Positions 18,852 to 28,104 of a DNA stretch of 64,000 bases are shown here, one piece after another. The position numbers and the translations under genes are program-made. Location: the IMG/VR virus record IMGVR_UViG_3300007541_000021, positions 265 to 64,264 of that record. One strand, written 5' to 3'. A model generated the notes under the pieces. The model worked only from the letters and a program-made list of their open reading frames with translations. It was not told the DNA's origin and searched no databases. Within the stretch, counting starts at the first letter, position 1; every line of letters begins with the position of its first letter. This DNA comes from a virus. Its lineage: Duplodnaviria > Caudoviricetes.

Positions 18852-20618
18852 TTATCTTCTACTGTTGATTGACTTTAGAATTTCTTCTACATAGTCACCT
18901 GTTGATTCCTTATCTCCCATCACGGTTTCGAAAATATCCTTTTTCTTACCTAAAATATCGTAAATAATTCCTTCAATAGTGTTGTCGAAAATGGGGTAAT
19001 AAACCAGTACATTATTTTTTTGTCCGTATCTATATGCACGGTCTTCGGCTTGTGAGTGATCGGATGGGAGGAACGATAAATCATTCATAACGACAGCCTC
19101 ACCTGATGTAAGAGTGATACCAGTACCTGCGGCTTTGATGTTACCAACAAATACTTTTACAGAATCATCGTTTTGAAATTTATCTACCGATTCTTGACGT
19201 TCCCTTTGGTTCATAGAACCATCAAGTCTTACCGCCTTTTTCCCGAAATGTTCTAAAATCATTTCAAGAGTTTTGGTGAAGTTTGTAAAGACAATGACTT
19301 TCTTATCTTGTTCGATAATGTTCTCACAGAGTTCAATTGTTGAGGATACTTTTTCTTGGGCGATACACTGACGAACCTGAGTCAATTTGGTAAACTGAAG
19401 TGTCAGGGAGTCCGCCTCACCACTTTTATCGTACCAATCGTAATAGTCCCCCATAAGTTCCTCATATTGCTTAGAACGAAGTCTTAGGTATACTGGTGTG
19501 ATGATTTTATCAGGTAGGTCAAGTACGTTTTCCTTCAGGCGACGAAGTACTTGTGGTTTGGTACGGTCTCGGAGTTCCTCTAAGTTGGATGCACCACTGA
19601 CGTTCCACACTTTTCTTTTACCCGCTCGGAATTGAAATCCATTACAGTATCTTTTTACATATGCCATCCAATTCACCGCAACAGGTGAGTCAATGAGATT
19701 GAGAAGGTTATAATAGTTGATAGGACGACTTGTGATGGGGGTACCGGTTAGAAGCCACAGTCGTTCGACCTTCAGGGCAAAGTCGTTTATTAGTTTTGTT
19801 CTTTGGGCTTGCTTATTTTGTATGTAATGGGCCTCGTCGATAACAACCAAATCAAACTTAGAATTAAGAATAATTGACTCTTTTTTATTTTTTTCATCGT
19901 GGAAGTTTTTTATGATATCATAATTTATGATAATAAAATCGGCATCCTCCCATTTTTTTCCTTCAATAATTGATGTAGGGCGGTCGGTGTAGTTTTCGAT
20001 TTCTCTCTGCCAGTTGATCTTCAGAGATGCCGGACAGATAATCATTATTTTCTTGGCCCCCGTCTCCAAGGCGGCAATAATCGTTGATGTGGTTTTACCC
20101 AAACCCATATCATCAGCCAATATCATCTTTTTGTTCTCACATAATTTTTGGATGGCTTCTTTTTGGTGTTCGAGTGGTGGACGATGCGAATATTTCGAAT
20201 AATCAATCTCCACATTCTTTACCGTGTTGTCTCTGATAAGAGCAACTTTCGGTATCCAAAGATCGTAGACAAAATCTTTTTCAAAGAATTTCCCCCAAAT
20301 ATGGTAGGAGGTATCCTTCTCAACAAGAAGTTTTTCAATATAAATTTGTTGGGGTACTGTGGTGAACAATTTATCATCCGCAATTTTTTGTGCAAAGTAC
20401 GGATCCAAATCTACCCATTTCTTGGCTACCTTTGGTACCCTTGAATGAAAATTGATGATGTATTCAGACTGAGCTCGAGTTGGATAGAACTTGGGATTAT
20501 CCAACATTTTGGTTTTTAAGCGCAAGATATAATTGTTGGCACCTTCATAGTTTTCCAACAGTTCCAAAGCCTTACGTTCCAAAACACCAACGGCTGATAT
20601 GTTAGTTTGTTCTTCCAA
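18852..20618 (-). CDS. SNF2-family (SMARCAL1/HARP-like) helicase/ATPase
   Basis: LADDMGLGKT, DEAH, LTGTP and QAEDRAYRYGQ motifs; TTG start. Confidence 0.9.
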   Translation of the reverse strand: MEEQTNISAVGVLERKALELLENYEGANNYILRLKTKMLDNPKFYPTRAQSEYIINFHSRVPKVAKKWVDLDPYFAQKIADDKLFTTVPQQIYIEKLLVEKDTSYHIWGKFFEKDFVYDLWIPKVALIRDNTVKNVEIDYSKYSHRPPLEHQKEAIQKLCENKKMILADDMGLGKTTSTIIAALETGAKKIMIICPASLKINWQREIENYTDRPTSIIEGKKWEDADFIIINYDIIKNFHDEKNKKESIILNSKFDLVVIDEAHYIQNKQAQRTKLINDFALKVERLWLLTGTPITSRPINYYNLLNLIDSPVAVNWMAYVKRYCNGFQFRAGKRKVWNVSGASNLEELRDRTKPQVLRRLKENVLDLPDKIITPVYLRLRSKQYEELMGDYYDWYDKSGEADSLTLQFTKLTQVRQCIAQEKVSSTIELCENIIEQDKKVIVFTNFTKTLEMILEHFGKKAVRLDGSMNQRERQESVDKFQNDDSVKVFVGNIKAAGTGITLTSGEAVVMNDLSFLPSDHSQAEDRAYRYGQKNNVLVYYPIFDNTIEGIIYDILGKKKDIFETVMGDKESTGDYVEEILKSINSRR

Positions 20619-20660
20619 TACCCTTAAAGATAATGATTTATGTTATATTTATCAAGTAAG

Positions 20661-21176
20661 ATGGCACAGAGACAAGTTCCTATTACAAGATTGGGTAAGT
20701 TTTTCGGTAGTGAAGACTTTGGTTTAGATATTTCCATGGGTCGTGAATGGCTCGATGGTGATATGAATTTCCAAATAGTTTTGTATAAAGTTGACAGAAC
20801 AAAAACCGTAAACGATGACGTATACGGTGAAGTGGTAAAAGATGGTATTCAATTCTTGGCACCTGTGTCAATAAATGCCTACGTTAAAATTGATGGTGCA
20901 ACAGAACAATTTTTGGGTAATTCTAAAATCGTTCAGAACGAACCTGGTGTTCTTAACTTCCATGTATACCAACAAGAACTTGAAGAATTGAAAGTTGATA
21001 TTGAACTTGGTGATTACATTGGTTATTGGATAACTGAAGATCAAGTTAGATACTATTCTATTATTGATGCGGGATCTCCCAACTGGGATAACAGACACAC
21101 TTACGGTGGTTATAAGAAATTTTATTTCTCATACACAGCAACTCCTGTTAGTGAAAATGAATTTAGAGGATTGTAA
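20661..21176 (+). CDS. Head completion/neck protein (T4 gp14-like)
   Basis: NDDVYGE motif and position before tail terminator and sheath; start at ATG 20661 preferred because TATTTAT (20646-20652) lies upstream. Confidence 0.55.
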   Translation: MAQRQVPITRLGKFFGSEDFGLDISMGREWLDGDMNFQIVLYKVDRTKTVNDDVYGEVVKDGIQFLAPVSINAYVKIDGATEQFLGNSKIVQNEPGVLNFHVYQQELEELKVDIELGDYIGYWITEDQVRYYSIIDAGSPNWDNRHTYGGYKKFYFSYTATPVSENEFRGL

Positions 21177-22219
21177 TGGCTTTACCTAAAAAACAAATTA
21201 TACCGAACATTAATCTCACACCTGAAAAGATTCTTTATCAGAGAAGAGAACAATTGCTCGAATACATTAAGGAGGACGGAACTTATCTACCAAAGTCACT
21301 TTTACACGCCGATTTAGATAGGGGGTTTTTAGATTTTGTGAAAGAAGAACTTCAAACGATTGTTGAGGGTAAAACTATACCTCCCGTAGACATTATTATC
21401 ACAACTCAGAACTGGTCGCAATTTACTCAGACTTGGGACTTCAATGATATTAATGGAAACCCCGAATTACCATTTATTACAACCGTCAGAAATCCTGACG
21501 TAAAATATGGTAGTAATCCAGCAATTATTTACAACATCCCAAATAGAAAAGAATATTTTTATGCTGCAGTTCCTTCATGGAACGGAAATGTAAAAGGGAT
21601 GGATATTTACAAAATCCCTCAACCTGTTCCAGTGGATATTACTTATAACGTAAAGATTCTGAGTAATAGAATGAGGGAGTTAAATGAATTCAATAAAAAT
21701 GTAATTCAAACTTTCGCCTCACGACAAGCCTATAGAAAAATAAATGGTCATTATATTCCAATTATAATGAACAGCATTGCAGATGAGTCAGTGGTAGATA
21801 TTGGAAGACGTAGATTTTATATTCAAAACTACGAATTTACCATGTTAGCCTTTTTATTGGACGAAGAGGAGTTTGAAGTTGCTCCCGCAGTTTCAAGGGT
21901 TTTTAATTCTTATGAATTAGTTCAAAATAAAAGAGGGGGTAAAAAGAAATCATTTCCCGAAAACCCCGATTCATTTGAGACTTCCATGATATACCCAACG
22001 GGTACACTGACAAAATCTATTGTTGCTGATTATACGGGTGATTTCACAATTGATGAAACTGAAAACGTATCAAGTTGGGATGTCTATATTAATGATGACT
22101 TCTATGGGTCCGATGTTCCTCTCATTCAAGTAAACACAAACGAAATTCTAAGGATAGATATAGTTCCCACCGATGTTATACAATCAAGCAAAATTATTTA
22201 CGGAGTCAAGTTAGTATGA
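21176..22219 (+). CDS. Tail terminator/sheath stabiliser (T4 gp15-like)
   Basis: LPFIT..R and PQPVPVDITYNV...ELN motifs; synteny with neck and sheath genes. Confidence 0.6.
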   Translation: MALPKKQIIPNINLTPEKILYQRREQLLEYIKEDGTYLPKSLLHADLDRGFLDFVKEELQTIVEGKTIPPVDIIITTQNWSQFTQTWDFNDINGNPELPFITTVRNPDVKYGSNPAIIYNIPNRKEYFYAAVPSWNGNVKGMDIYKIPQPVPVDITYNVKILSNRMRELNEFNKNVIQTFASRQAYRKINGHYIPIIMNSIADESVVDIGRRRFYIQNYEFTMLAFLLDEEEFEVAPAVSRVFNSYELVQNKRGGKKKSFPENPDSFETSMIYPTGTLTKSIVADYTGDFTIDETENVSSWDVYINDDFYGSDVPLIQVNTNEILRIDIVPTDVIQSSKIIYGVKLV

Positions 22220-22369
22220 CTCTCCGTAAATGTCTTTTTTTTCTTGACACTTTTCCAAAATTAGATTCTCGAGAAACTTATACATTTTAAGTCCATTCTT
22301 ATCACAATAAGTTTTTAAAACATTATGTGTTTCCTGTGAGATCTTCAAATTCTTTATTTCTTTTTTCAT
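22211..22369 (-). CDS. Small ribbon-helix-helix-like DNA-binding protein
   Basis: KNLKISQETHNVLKTYCDKNGLKMYKFLENLI fits a beta-alpha-alpha RHH pattern; minus-strand TATTTATA at 22405-22412. Confidence 0.6.
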   Translation of the reverse strand: MKKEIKNLKISQETHNVLKTYCDKNGLKMYKFLENLILEKCQEKKDIYGESY

Positions 22370-22490
22370 AGGGAGAAAAAAGGCAGAATTAAAACCGCCC
22401 ATTTTATAAATAGAAAACTATAAGTAAAGTTTTTGTCTTTTTTCAGAATATTTATGTAATAAAAATAAAATTTATTGAACCTAAAACAAA

Positions 22491-25400
22491 ATGGCAGTAT
22501 CAAATAAAATTTTCGTATCTCCTGGAGTATACACTTCTGAAAGAGATTTGAGTTTTGTGGCACAAAGCGTAGGTGTAACAACTTTGGGTCTGGTTGGTGA
22601 AACACAAATCGGTCCCGCGTTCGAGCCTATCTTTATAACAAATTACAGTGAGTTCGAAGCATTTTTCGGTGGAACTCTTCCCGAAAAATTTGAAAACACA
22701 CAAATTCCTAAATATGAGTTAGCATATATCGCTAAGTCCTACCTACAACAGTCTAACCAATTATTTGTAACTCGTGTACTTGGTCTTTCTGGATATGATG
22801 CTGGTCCTTCTTGGTCTTTGTTGACAGTAGCTAACGTAGACCCATCAACAGTAGCTCTGAATGGTATAGAGACTCCTTTCAGTATTGGATTTACAGGATG
22901 TAGCGGTGGTACAGCAGTTACCTTTACAACTGATGGAGCTTTTGCACCTCAAATTTTAACAAACCTAAACAGTCCCTATCCAATGTTGAATGGGGGTGAA
23001 AGTACAATCGAAGATGATTTGTCTGACTTCCTACAAGGGATTCTAGATCTTCCTTCTTCTTCGGGTACATCAGCTGCTTACTTCGGAACTATTTCCGACG
23101 CTACATACAATGCTCTTTCACCAACTTATACTGCGTCGACTAACGTTTTTGGCGTTTCTGGTTTGTCAGAATCTACGGCGGACTATACGTCTCCAAATAA
23201 CGACTCTTGGTATTACTCAAACTTTGATTTGACAGGTGGTACTGGTTATTCCGGTTATTCATTCGTTTCTCTTGTTGATACTTTAGTTCCATTTGGTCCT
23301 TCGGGATGTTTCTCAGGTACCGTATCAGGTTCAGTATTCAATTACGTAGGTACCGCATATGATGGATGGGGTGACTTAGTTGTTGCAACATGGAGATCTC
23401 GTGGTATATCTTTGTATGCAACAGGACAACATGGTCCGTCTTATACTGTGACTGGTACTACTGATGTTATCATTGATTGTTCGGGTATATATTCCGGCAT
23501 TACTTTCAATCCTTACGCAACATTCAATTTATCGGGTGTGACTGCGGACGGTACGGATTTCTCATTTGCAACTTCTATGAATTCTGGTGATGCAAACTAC
23601 ATTACCAAAGTATTTGGAACAACTAATTTCGGAAAACCAAGAAATGAGGTTCCATTGTTTATTGAAGAACAATTCCAAAATATGTTGAATTACGGTTACA
23701 ACCAAGGATTTATTCGTGGATTACAATGTGCTCCTTTAGCACTTCCTGGATTAAGATATAGTCCTAACACGGCAACAATTGCTAACTACGTCGAAAAATA
23801 CCAAGATGCTGAGTCTCCATGGGTAGTATCAGAATTAAATGGTACTTCTGTTGATAGGTTGTTTAGAATTATATCAATTGCTGATGGTAATGGTGCAAAT
23901 GCACAAATCAAAATTAGCATCGAAAACATTTCGTTCAATAATTCTTCGTTTGACGTGGGTGTCAGAAGTTTCTATGACACTGACTCTAATCCTGTTTATT
24001 TGGAAAAATTCACACAATGTACTATGGATCCGTCAAGTAACAGTTATGTCGGTGTAAAAATCGGTACTGCGGATGGTGAGTACGCACTTCTTTCAAAATA
24101 CATTATGTTGGAATTGAATGATAAGGTTGATCCTACGTCAGTTCCGGCTGGATTCGAAGGTTATGTTATTCGTTCTTACGCATCAGCACAACCTCCATAT
24201 CCAGTCTACAAAACAGCATACAACTACCCTGGGGAAGTTATTGGTAATCCACCTTTCAACATTCCTTATGGACCTAACCAAATTTTGTCACCTGGTGATA
24301 ACATAAGACGTACGTTCTTAGGAATCTCTTCTTCTATTGGTTACGATCCAGACTTTTTCCAATACAAAGGAAAACAAGCTCCAAGTAATCTTTGTAATGT
24401 TGATGCATTACCTTGGAATTACGTCACTAAGGGTTTCCACATGGATTCGGGAGCAACCGTTGTAACAATCACTGCAGGTCCTACTGCGGGTACACCGGCG
24501 TTTGATTGTGGTGATACTTCATTCCAATCTGACCCACAAGATCCTGCAAACCCTTACTACACTATTCAGTCTCGTAAGTTTGCGTTCCTTCTTCAAGGAG
24601 GTTTTGATGGTTGGGATATCTACCGTGAATATAGAACTAATGACGACAGATACCAAATTGGTGGTTCTTTGTGGCAGAGAGGCGCTTGTCAGTCAACACG
24701 TTACCCACTTGCAGATGGATGGGGAGCATTCAAATTGATCGCACAAGACGGATTTGCGGAATTCTCTACATCTGACTATTACGCTTACTTGTTGGGTATC
24801 TCTACATTCAATAATCCTGAAGCGGTAAACATCAACGTGTTTGCAACACCAGGTATTGATTATATCAACAACTCGAACTTGGTAGAACAGGCTATTGATA
24901 TGGTAACTTACCAAAGAGCTGACTCACTATACATCGTGACTACTCCTGATTGTAACTTACTTCTTCCAACAAATACGGATAATATCGTTCCTCCTACTGA
25001 GGCTGTAGATAACTTGAACAATACGGGTATTGACTCAAACTACACAGCGACTTACTATCCTTGGATTTTGACTCGTGATACTGTAAATAACACTCAGATC
25101 TACATTCCACCAACAAATGAAGTATGTAGAAACTTGGCTCTTACAGATAACATTTCTTTCCCTTGGTTCGCTACGGCGGGTTACACAAGAGGTTTGGTAA
25201 ATGCTATCAAGGCACGTATCAAGCTAACTCAAGACCAAAGAGACACTCTTTATCAAGGTCGTATCAATCCGATTGCTACTTTCTCTGACGTAGGTACAGT
25301 TATTTGGGGTAACAAGACTCTTCAGATCGCAGACACTGCTCTCAACAGAATCAACGTAAGAAGATTGTTACTACAAGCACGTAAGTTGATATCGGCTGTA

Positions 25401-25655
25401 GCGGTAAGATTATTGTTTGAACAAAATGACGCTAAAGTTAGACAAGACTTCCTTGACTCAGTCAACCCTATCTTAGACGCAATCAGAAGAGACCGTGGTC
25501 TTTACGACTTTAGAGTAACAGTTTCTAATGATCCTGCTGACTTGGATAGAAATACGATGACAGGTAAGATTTACTTGAAACCAACAAAGGCTCTTGAATT
25601 CATCGATATCGAATTCTTGATCACCCCAACTGGTGCTTCGTTTGAGAATATCTAA
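22491..25655 (+). CDS. Contractile tail sheath protein
   Basis: SPGVYTSERD N-terminus; YYPW, PWFATAG..RG, INPI, WGNKTLQ, RINVRRL and KPTKALEFI C-terminal sheath motifs. Confidence 0.95.
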   Translation: MAVSNKIFVSPGVYTSERDLSFVAQSVGVTTLGLVGETQIGPAFEPIFITNYSEFEAFFGGTLPEKFENTQIPKYELAYIAKSYLQQSNQLFVTRVLGLSGYDAGPSWSLLTVANVDPSTVALNGIETPFSIGFTGCSGGTAVTFTTDGAFAPQILTNLNSPYPMLNGGESTIEDDLSDFLQGILDLPSSSGTSAAYFGTISDATYNALSPTYTASTNVFGVSGLSESTADYTSPNNDSWYYSNFDLTGGTGYSGYSFVSLVDTLVPFGPSGCFSGTVSGSVFNYVGTAYDGWGDLVVATWRSRGISLYATGQHGPSYTVTGTTDVIIDCSGIYSGITFNPYATFNLSGVTADGTDFSFATSMNSGDANYITKVFGTTNFGKPRNEVPLFIEEQFQNMLNYGYNQGFIRGLQCAPLALPGLRYSPNTATIANYVEKYQDAESPWVVSELNGTSVDRLFRIISIADGNGANAQIKISIENISFNNSSFDVGVRSFYDTDSNPVYLEKFTQCTMDPSSNSYVGVKIGTADGEYALLSKYIMLELNDKVDPTSVPAGFEGYVIRSYASAQPPYPVYKTAYNYPGEVIGNPPFNIPYGPNQILSPGDNIRRTFLGISSSIGYDPDFFQYKGKQAPSNLCNVDALPWNYVTKGFHMDSGATVVTITAGPTAGTPAFDCGDTSFQSDPQDPANPYYTIQSRKFAFLLQGGFDGWDIYREYRTNDDRYQIGGSLWQRGACQSTRYPLADGWGAFKLIAQDGFAEFSTSDYYAYLLGISTFNNPEAVNINVFATPGIDYINNSNLVEQAIDMVTYQRADSLYIVTTPDCNLLLPTNTDNIVPPTEAVDNLNNTGIDSNYTATYYPWILTRDTVNNTQIYIPPTNEVCRNLALTDNISFPWFATAGYTRGLVNAIKARIKLTQDQRDTLYQGRINPIATFSDVGTVIWGNKTLQIADTALNRINVRRLLLQARKLISAVAVRLLFEQNDAKVRQDFLDSVNPILDAIRRDRGLYDFRVTVSNDPADLDRNTMTGKIYLKPTKALEFIDIEFLITPTGASFENI

Positions 25656-25665
25656 TAAAAAAAAT

Positions 25666-25685
25666 GGTGGGGAGAAATCCCCACC
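25666..25685. terminator. Hairpin GGTGGGGA-gaaa-TCCCCACC after sheath gene
   Basis: 8-bp stem with GAAA loop; A-tract upstream and weak T-tract downstream. Confidence 0.6.
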
Positions 25686-25703
25686 TTAGCCTTTAAATAA
25701 TTT

Positions 25704-26516
25704 ATGAATAAAACAATAAAAGAAGGATTTGATGATTTGGGAGTACCTACTCTCAAATACTACGCTTTTGATTGGGATGACAACCTTATGTATATGCCAA
25801 CTAAAATTATAGTTCAATCCAAAGATGGTGATGAGGTTGGGATGTCAACTGAAGATTTTGCTGAATACAGAACTCAAATAGGAAAGGAACCTTTTGAGTA
25901 CCAAGGTAAACAGATAGAAGGTTATGCATCAGACCCATTCAGAAACTTTACAACGAAAGGTGACAAACAATTTTTGATTGATTCAATGAAAGCGAAACCC
26001 GGTCCTGCTTGGGCGGATTTTGTAGAAGCCGTAAACAACGGTTCAATTTTTTCGATAATCACTGCAAGGGGTCACAATCCAAATACAATAAAAGAGGCGG
26101 TTTATAATATGATAGTATCTGATCATATGGGTTTGAATAAAGATCTATTAATTAAGAATCTTAAAAAATTCCGTGACTTCGTGGGTGATGAAAAAAAAGG
26201 GAAACAAGACATGATCCGTGAATATATGGATCTATTAAAATTCTATCCCGTTTCATTTAATCAAGATGAAGGTGCTTCAAGTCCTGAGGAGTTAAAAGTT
26301 GCTGCGATGAAAGAATTTATATCTCACGTTAAAAACGAAGCAAAAAAACTAGGACAAAAAGTATATGTAAAAGATGAAGTAAAGAACAAGTTTATACCTC
26401 AAATAGGATTTTCAGATGACGATATAAGAAATGTAGAAGTTATGAAAAAACATTTTGAAGATGAACCTAGTTTAAAGACTTATTCTACTGCTGGTGGTAT
26501 TAAGACTAGGTATTAG
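25704..26516 (+). CDS. HAD-superfamily phosphatase-like protein
   Basis: AFDWDDN (motif I), ITARG (motif II), K and FSDDD (motif IV). Confidence 0.7.
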   Translation: MNKTIKEGFDDLGVPTLKYYAFDWDDNLMYMPTKIIVQSKDGDEVGMSTEDFAEYRTQIGKEPFEYQGKQIEGYASDPFRNFTTKGDKQFLIDSMKAKPGPAWADFVEAVNNGSIFSIITARGHNPNTIKEAVYNMIVSDHMGLNKDLLIKNLKKFRDFVGDEKKGKQDMIREYMDLLKFYPVSFNQDEGASSPEELKVAAMKEFISHVKNEAKKLGQKVYVKDEVKNKFIPQIGFSDDDIRNVEVMKKHFEDEPSLKTYSTAGGIKTRY

Positions 26517-26568
26517 AGAGAATAAATTTTTGAAAATCAAAGTAAAGAGAAAAAATTTCAAACGGCAG

Positions 26569-26580
26569 TATTTATAAATA
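26569..26580 (+). promoter_or_regulatory. TATTTATA motif (palindromic TATTTATAAATA), putative late promoter of tail tube gene
   Basis: Intergenic copy of the recurrent motif upstream of ATG 26615. Confidence 0.6.
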
Positions 26581-26614
26581 AACAAAATAAAAAGACAAAA
26601 AAAAATAACATACC

Positions 26615-27103
26615 ATGGCAGACTTATTAATGAAAATGCCGGTTCCCTATGAACCAAAAAGATCCAACAGATTTATCCTTCGTTTTGATTCTACGTTGGG
26701 TATAAATGAATGGTTCGTTGAATCAACGGGCCGTCCAAGTATTGATATCAATCCTGTTGAGATCCCATTTTTGAATACATCAACATTTGTTGCGGGTAGA
26801 TTCAAATGGAATACAATTAACGTCAAGTTCCGTGATCCAATCGGACCATCAGCAACACAAGCTCTTATGGAGTGGGTACGTTTACACGCTGAATCTGTAA
26901 CAGGTCGTATGGGTTACGCTGCAGGATACAAGAAAAACGTTGACCTTGAAATGTTGGACCCAACAGGTGTTGTTGTGGAAAAATGGATTTTGGAAGGTAC
27001 AATGATCACAAAGACCGCATGGTCTGAAGCAAACTACGGTCAAGACACGTTGGCAACTCTTGATGCAACACTCCAAATGGACCGTTGTATCTTGGTTTAC
27101 TAA
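26615..27103 (+). CDS. Tail tube protein
   Basis: YEPKR.NRF, GRFKW..I.V.FRDPI and LDPTGVVVEKWILEG patterns of T4 gp19-like tubes; follows sheath. Confidence 0.85.
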   Translation: MADLLMKMPVPYEPKRSNRFILRFDSTLGINEWFVESTGRPSIDINPVEIPFLNTSTFVAGRFKWNTINVKFRDPIGPSATQALMEWVRLHAESVTGRMGYAAGYKKNVDLEMLDPTGVVVEKWILEGTMITKTAWSEANYGQDTLATLDATLQMDRCILVY

Positions 27104-27121
27104 GGTATTTACTTTTTATTG

Positions 27122-27182
27122 TTGATTAATAAACAAATCATGGTATAATTAACACAGGGACTAAACCCCTGTGTTTTTTTTT
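27122..27182 (+). promoter_or_regulatory. TTGATT-N16-TATAAT followed by hairpin AACACAGGG/CCCTGTGTT and T-tract
   Basis: Promoter-like elements at 27122-27149; 9-bp stem at 27151-27175 followed by T run, probably the tube gene terminator. Confidence 0.55.
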
Positions 27183-27183
27183 T

Positions 27184-27933
27184 ATGGAAAATGATGTAAA
27201 AATGTACGGACAGCAAGACTTTTCACTACCACATGATGTGGTGAAACTACCGTCTGAAGGAAAATTTTATAAAAACAAAAAGAAAAGTGTCAAAGTAGGA
27301 TACTTGACAGCTGCGGATGAAAATATAATTATGGCAGCAAAGGCTGAGGAAATGATTATGTCTCTACTCAGAGCTAAAATTTATGAACCGGACCTTCGAC
27401 CTGACGATATGTTAAATGGAGACATTGAAGCGATTCTCATATTTTTACGTAACACATCTTTCGGAAGTGAATATAAGATACAAGTAATAGATCCAGTAAC
27501 AGGAAAAAAATTCCCAAGTGAAATTCAATTGGATGAGTTGGATATTCAGAAAGTACAACAAGAACCTGACGAAGATGGATGTTTTTCCGTCACCTTACCT
27601 AAATCTCAGGTGAATGTAAAAATCAGACCTTTAACATATAAGGAACTTGTTGAAATAAATAAAATGGTGGACACTTATCCCACAGGTAGAGTTGCACCGA
27701 AGGTTACTTGGAAATTACAAAAACAAATTGTTTCAGTAAACGGTGACACTACACCCCAACAAATTGCAAAATTCATAGAGGGATTACCTATCATGGATTC
27801 TAAATTTATAAAAAGATTCTTGGACGAAAATGAACCAAGATTGGATCTTAGAAGATCCGTTATTGCCCCGTCAGGAGAAAAAGTGGATGTAGAGATCACT
27901 TTCGGGGCAGAATTTTTTCGAGTTTTCTTCTGA
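27184..27933 (+). CDS. Tail assembly chaperone/baseplate hub subunit (T4 gp26-like)
   Basis: LPSEGKFY, YLTAADE, GDIEAILIFLR..SFG..Y, LPKS and C-terminal EFF; lies between tube and tape measure genes. Confidence 0.75.
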   Translation: MENDVKMYGQQDFSLPHDVVKLPSEGKFYKNKKKSVKVGYLTAADENIIMAAKAEEMIMSLLRAKIYEPDLRPDDMLNGDIEAILIFLRNTSFGSEYKIQVIDPVTGKKFPSEIQLDELDIQKVQQEPDEDGCFSVTLPKSQVNVKIRPLTYKELVEINKMVDTYPTGRVAPKVTWKLQKQIVSVNGDTTPQQIAKFIEGLPIMDSKFIKRFLDENEPRLDLRRSVIAPSGEKVDVEITFGAEFFRVFF

Positions 27934-28072
27934 TTACCGGAGATATAAGTTAGATGAATTTCTATTCTTGGCGAAGAATTTAGGTGTTTCTTGGACGGAA
28001 TATCACAATATACCTACCTACGCAAGAAGGTATTTGGTTGACAAAATAATTGAATCACAAAAAAAAGATTGA
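27917..28072 (+). CDS. ATG-less +1-frame extension of the tail chaperone (probable programmed frameshift product)
   Basis: +1 frame open 27893-28072 (FEFSSDYRRYKLDEFLFLAKNLGVSWTEYHNIPTYARRYLVDKIIESQKKD), overlapping TTT TTT CGA. Confidence 0.6.
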   Translation, partial: FEFSSDYRRYKLDEFLFLAKNLGVSWTEYHNIPTYARRYLVDKIIESQKKD

Positions 28073-28104
28073 TGATTCTATTTATTAGAATCAGATAAGA
28101 TCTC

